DNA from: Podarcis bocagei
Taxonomy: Eukaryota
Length of the DNA: 64,000 nt
Strand: one strand, 5' to 3'
Assembly (NCBI GenBank): GCA_964188305.1
Contig: OZ076890.1
The notes below the pieces were generated by a model. The model saw nothing but the letters and a program-made list of their open reading frames with translations. It was not told the origin of the DNA and searched no databases. The first letter of the stretch is position 1. Every line of letters begins with the position of its first letter. The position numbers were made by a program, and so were the translations under genes. Of this stretch, positions 62,483 through 64,000 are shown piece by piece.

Positions 62483-64000
62483 CAACGAAAACCACTGATT
62501 TTATATGTATATATATATATATGTATGTAGCCAACTGCTGCCTTTTATATATATTTCAAAGCTTTTATATGTTATTTCCTCTTTTATGGTTTTATTTGCA
62601 CAATGCCTAATAAAGGTTTGATAAGTAAGTAGAAACAAAACTCACTAAATCTATAAATTAGCACACCAGGGAGCAAAGTTTGTAGCCTCACCCTCTCCCT
62701 GATTGCAAAGAATTTGTTTCTGTGGGGTAACATTCAAAATTTTGCACGCTTGCACTTTGAAATAATATTGTGTGTCTTTGCACTGCATAATTTTACTGTA
62801 GAGTTTTGGTTTTGAGTCAAGTTGCTTATTCAATTACCACCAATGAAGTTACTGAGTGTCTGGCTCTGTGTGAAGGCAAATATGACTTCGAAGAGAGATG
62901 GAGGTGGCTTGCTAGTGCTGCTACTCTCTGGGGTGTGTTCTCTGTTAGACCTGCTTTGAAGCTCCTCACATTGTACAGAGTAAATGAGATAAAAACTACT
63001 TGTATTGGTTTTACCAATAATATCACCAACACAGTGCATGCATTCAGTTCTGCAACTGTTTTTAAAACGTTTATTTTATGTAAGATGTAAAATGTAAGAT
63101 GTAAGATGAATGCATCGTCACATCTATCCTCTTTTAAAACTGGGAAAATAAATGGCATGCAGCTCCTCTGATGCACAAGGGAGAGGCATGGAAGAGGGCT
63201 GACACATCTCCTTGTCAGGGAAAGCAATTTGCTGAGCCGGCATTTGACTTGCTGCTATATGTATGTCCATAATGTAACAAGTGGTGAAGGGGAGTTCATA
63301 CTGTGAGTGTAGAATATAGGATTGCAGCTTTAAATAGCTTGGAAATAATATTTATCTCACTGTTTTGGGTGGATGGCAGAAGCAGACACAGGGGTGAGGA
63401 AATGTGCTGTTTTGATTTGTTTTGTACAAAGGAGTCCAATTGTTTCACCTAGCTAAGAAGCAAATGAATGAAAAGTGGAGTCATGGATTCAAACATCACA
63501 CAGTAAGGTTATATCACTCATGCTCCACAACCATACTGTGTGCATTGCCAAAACAAGTTGGAAAAGCAGGCATTACTTGGCAGAGGCAAAAAGAAAAGCA
63601 TCTCTACTGAGTCTTTCCTAGTTCAAAAATGTAAACAGCGGTTCATATTATACTACTTATTGTACAGAGTTTTTCTAACTAAACCAACTTCTTGTAATGG
63701 TCTTACTTGGTTGGTGGATCACAGCCAAAAAGGCATCTGGTTTGAAAACTTTCCAAAAATACAACTGGTTATTTGAAGAAATTTCCCCAGGGTATACGTA
63801 TGTATTCAATATATATTTTTAAACCACCTCATTTCTATACTGCACAGCTGCTGAAGCTCTTTGAGCAGTTCAAAAGATAATGCCAGTGTTCACCTTTCCA
63901 GAGATCCACTGCTGACAAACCATAGTTCTGTTATTTGTGCCTTAGAGGGCTTATGCTTATCTGATATAAAAGCTCAGCTACCCCCATCACAGATATTTTC

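Larger units (their letters stand above)
56923..62630 (+). mobile_element. Full-length LINE (non-LTR retrotransposon), RTEX/RTE-X-like, with two intact ORFs
   Basis: 5' end GAGATCTTCCCCAAGATGGCGCCG; 574-nt 5' UTR; ORF1 and ORF2; short AT-rich 3' UTR with AATAAA at 62609-62614; (TAAG)n tail at 62621-62630. Flanked by AGAAACAAACT (56912-56922) and AGAAACAAAACT (62631-62642), a TSD with a 1-nt difference. Clade inferred from two ORFs, APE-RT with C-terminal Cys/His motif and a microsatellite tail. Confidence 0.9.

Overview
Eukaryotic (vertebrate) DNA, not prokaryotic. Full-length Sauria-type SINEs with ACCTTT tails, plus CR1, L2 and RTE fragments and Tc1/mariner and hAT MITEs, point to a squamate reptile, probably a lacertid lizard (inference). 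The window is repeat-rich intronic/intergenic sequence. I recognised no host protein-coding exon, although 54.9-56.9 kb looks like the 3' end of a minus-strand transcript. The main feature is a full-length, apparently intact ~5.7-kb non-LTR retrotransposon (56923-62630, RTEX-like) with a 5' YY1-type motif, ORF1 (546 aa), ORF2 (APE endonuclease + RT + C-terminal Cys/His motif), a (TAAG)n tail and a near-perfect TSD. Its ORF1 and ORF2 share one reading frame and are separated only by TGA-CTA, a known leaky-stop context. ORF2 has no in-frame ATG before the first endonuclease motif, which suggests expression as a 1661-aa readthrough fusion. Other oddities include an inverted-repeat-bounded DIRS/Ngaro-like relic, a hAT MITE built from 60-bp palindromic units, a SINE inserted into a hairpin, a non-autonomous RTE derivative and several unexplained hairpins. 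There is an assembly gap at 32308-32449. Family names are from motif recognition, not database searches.
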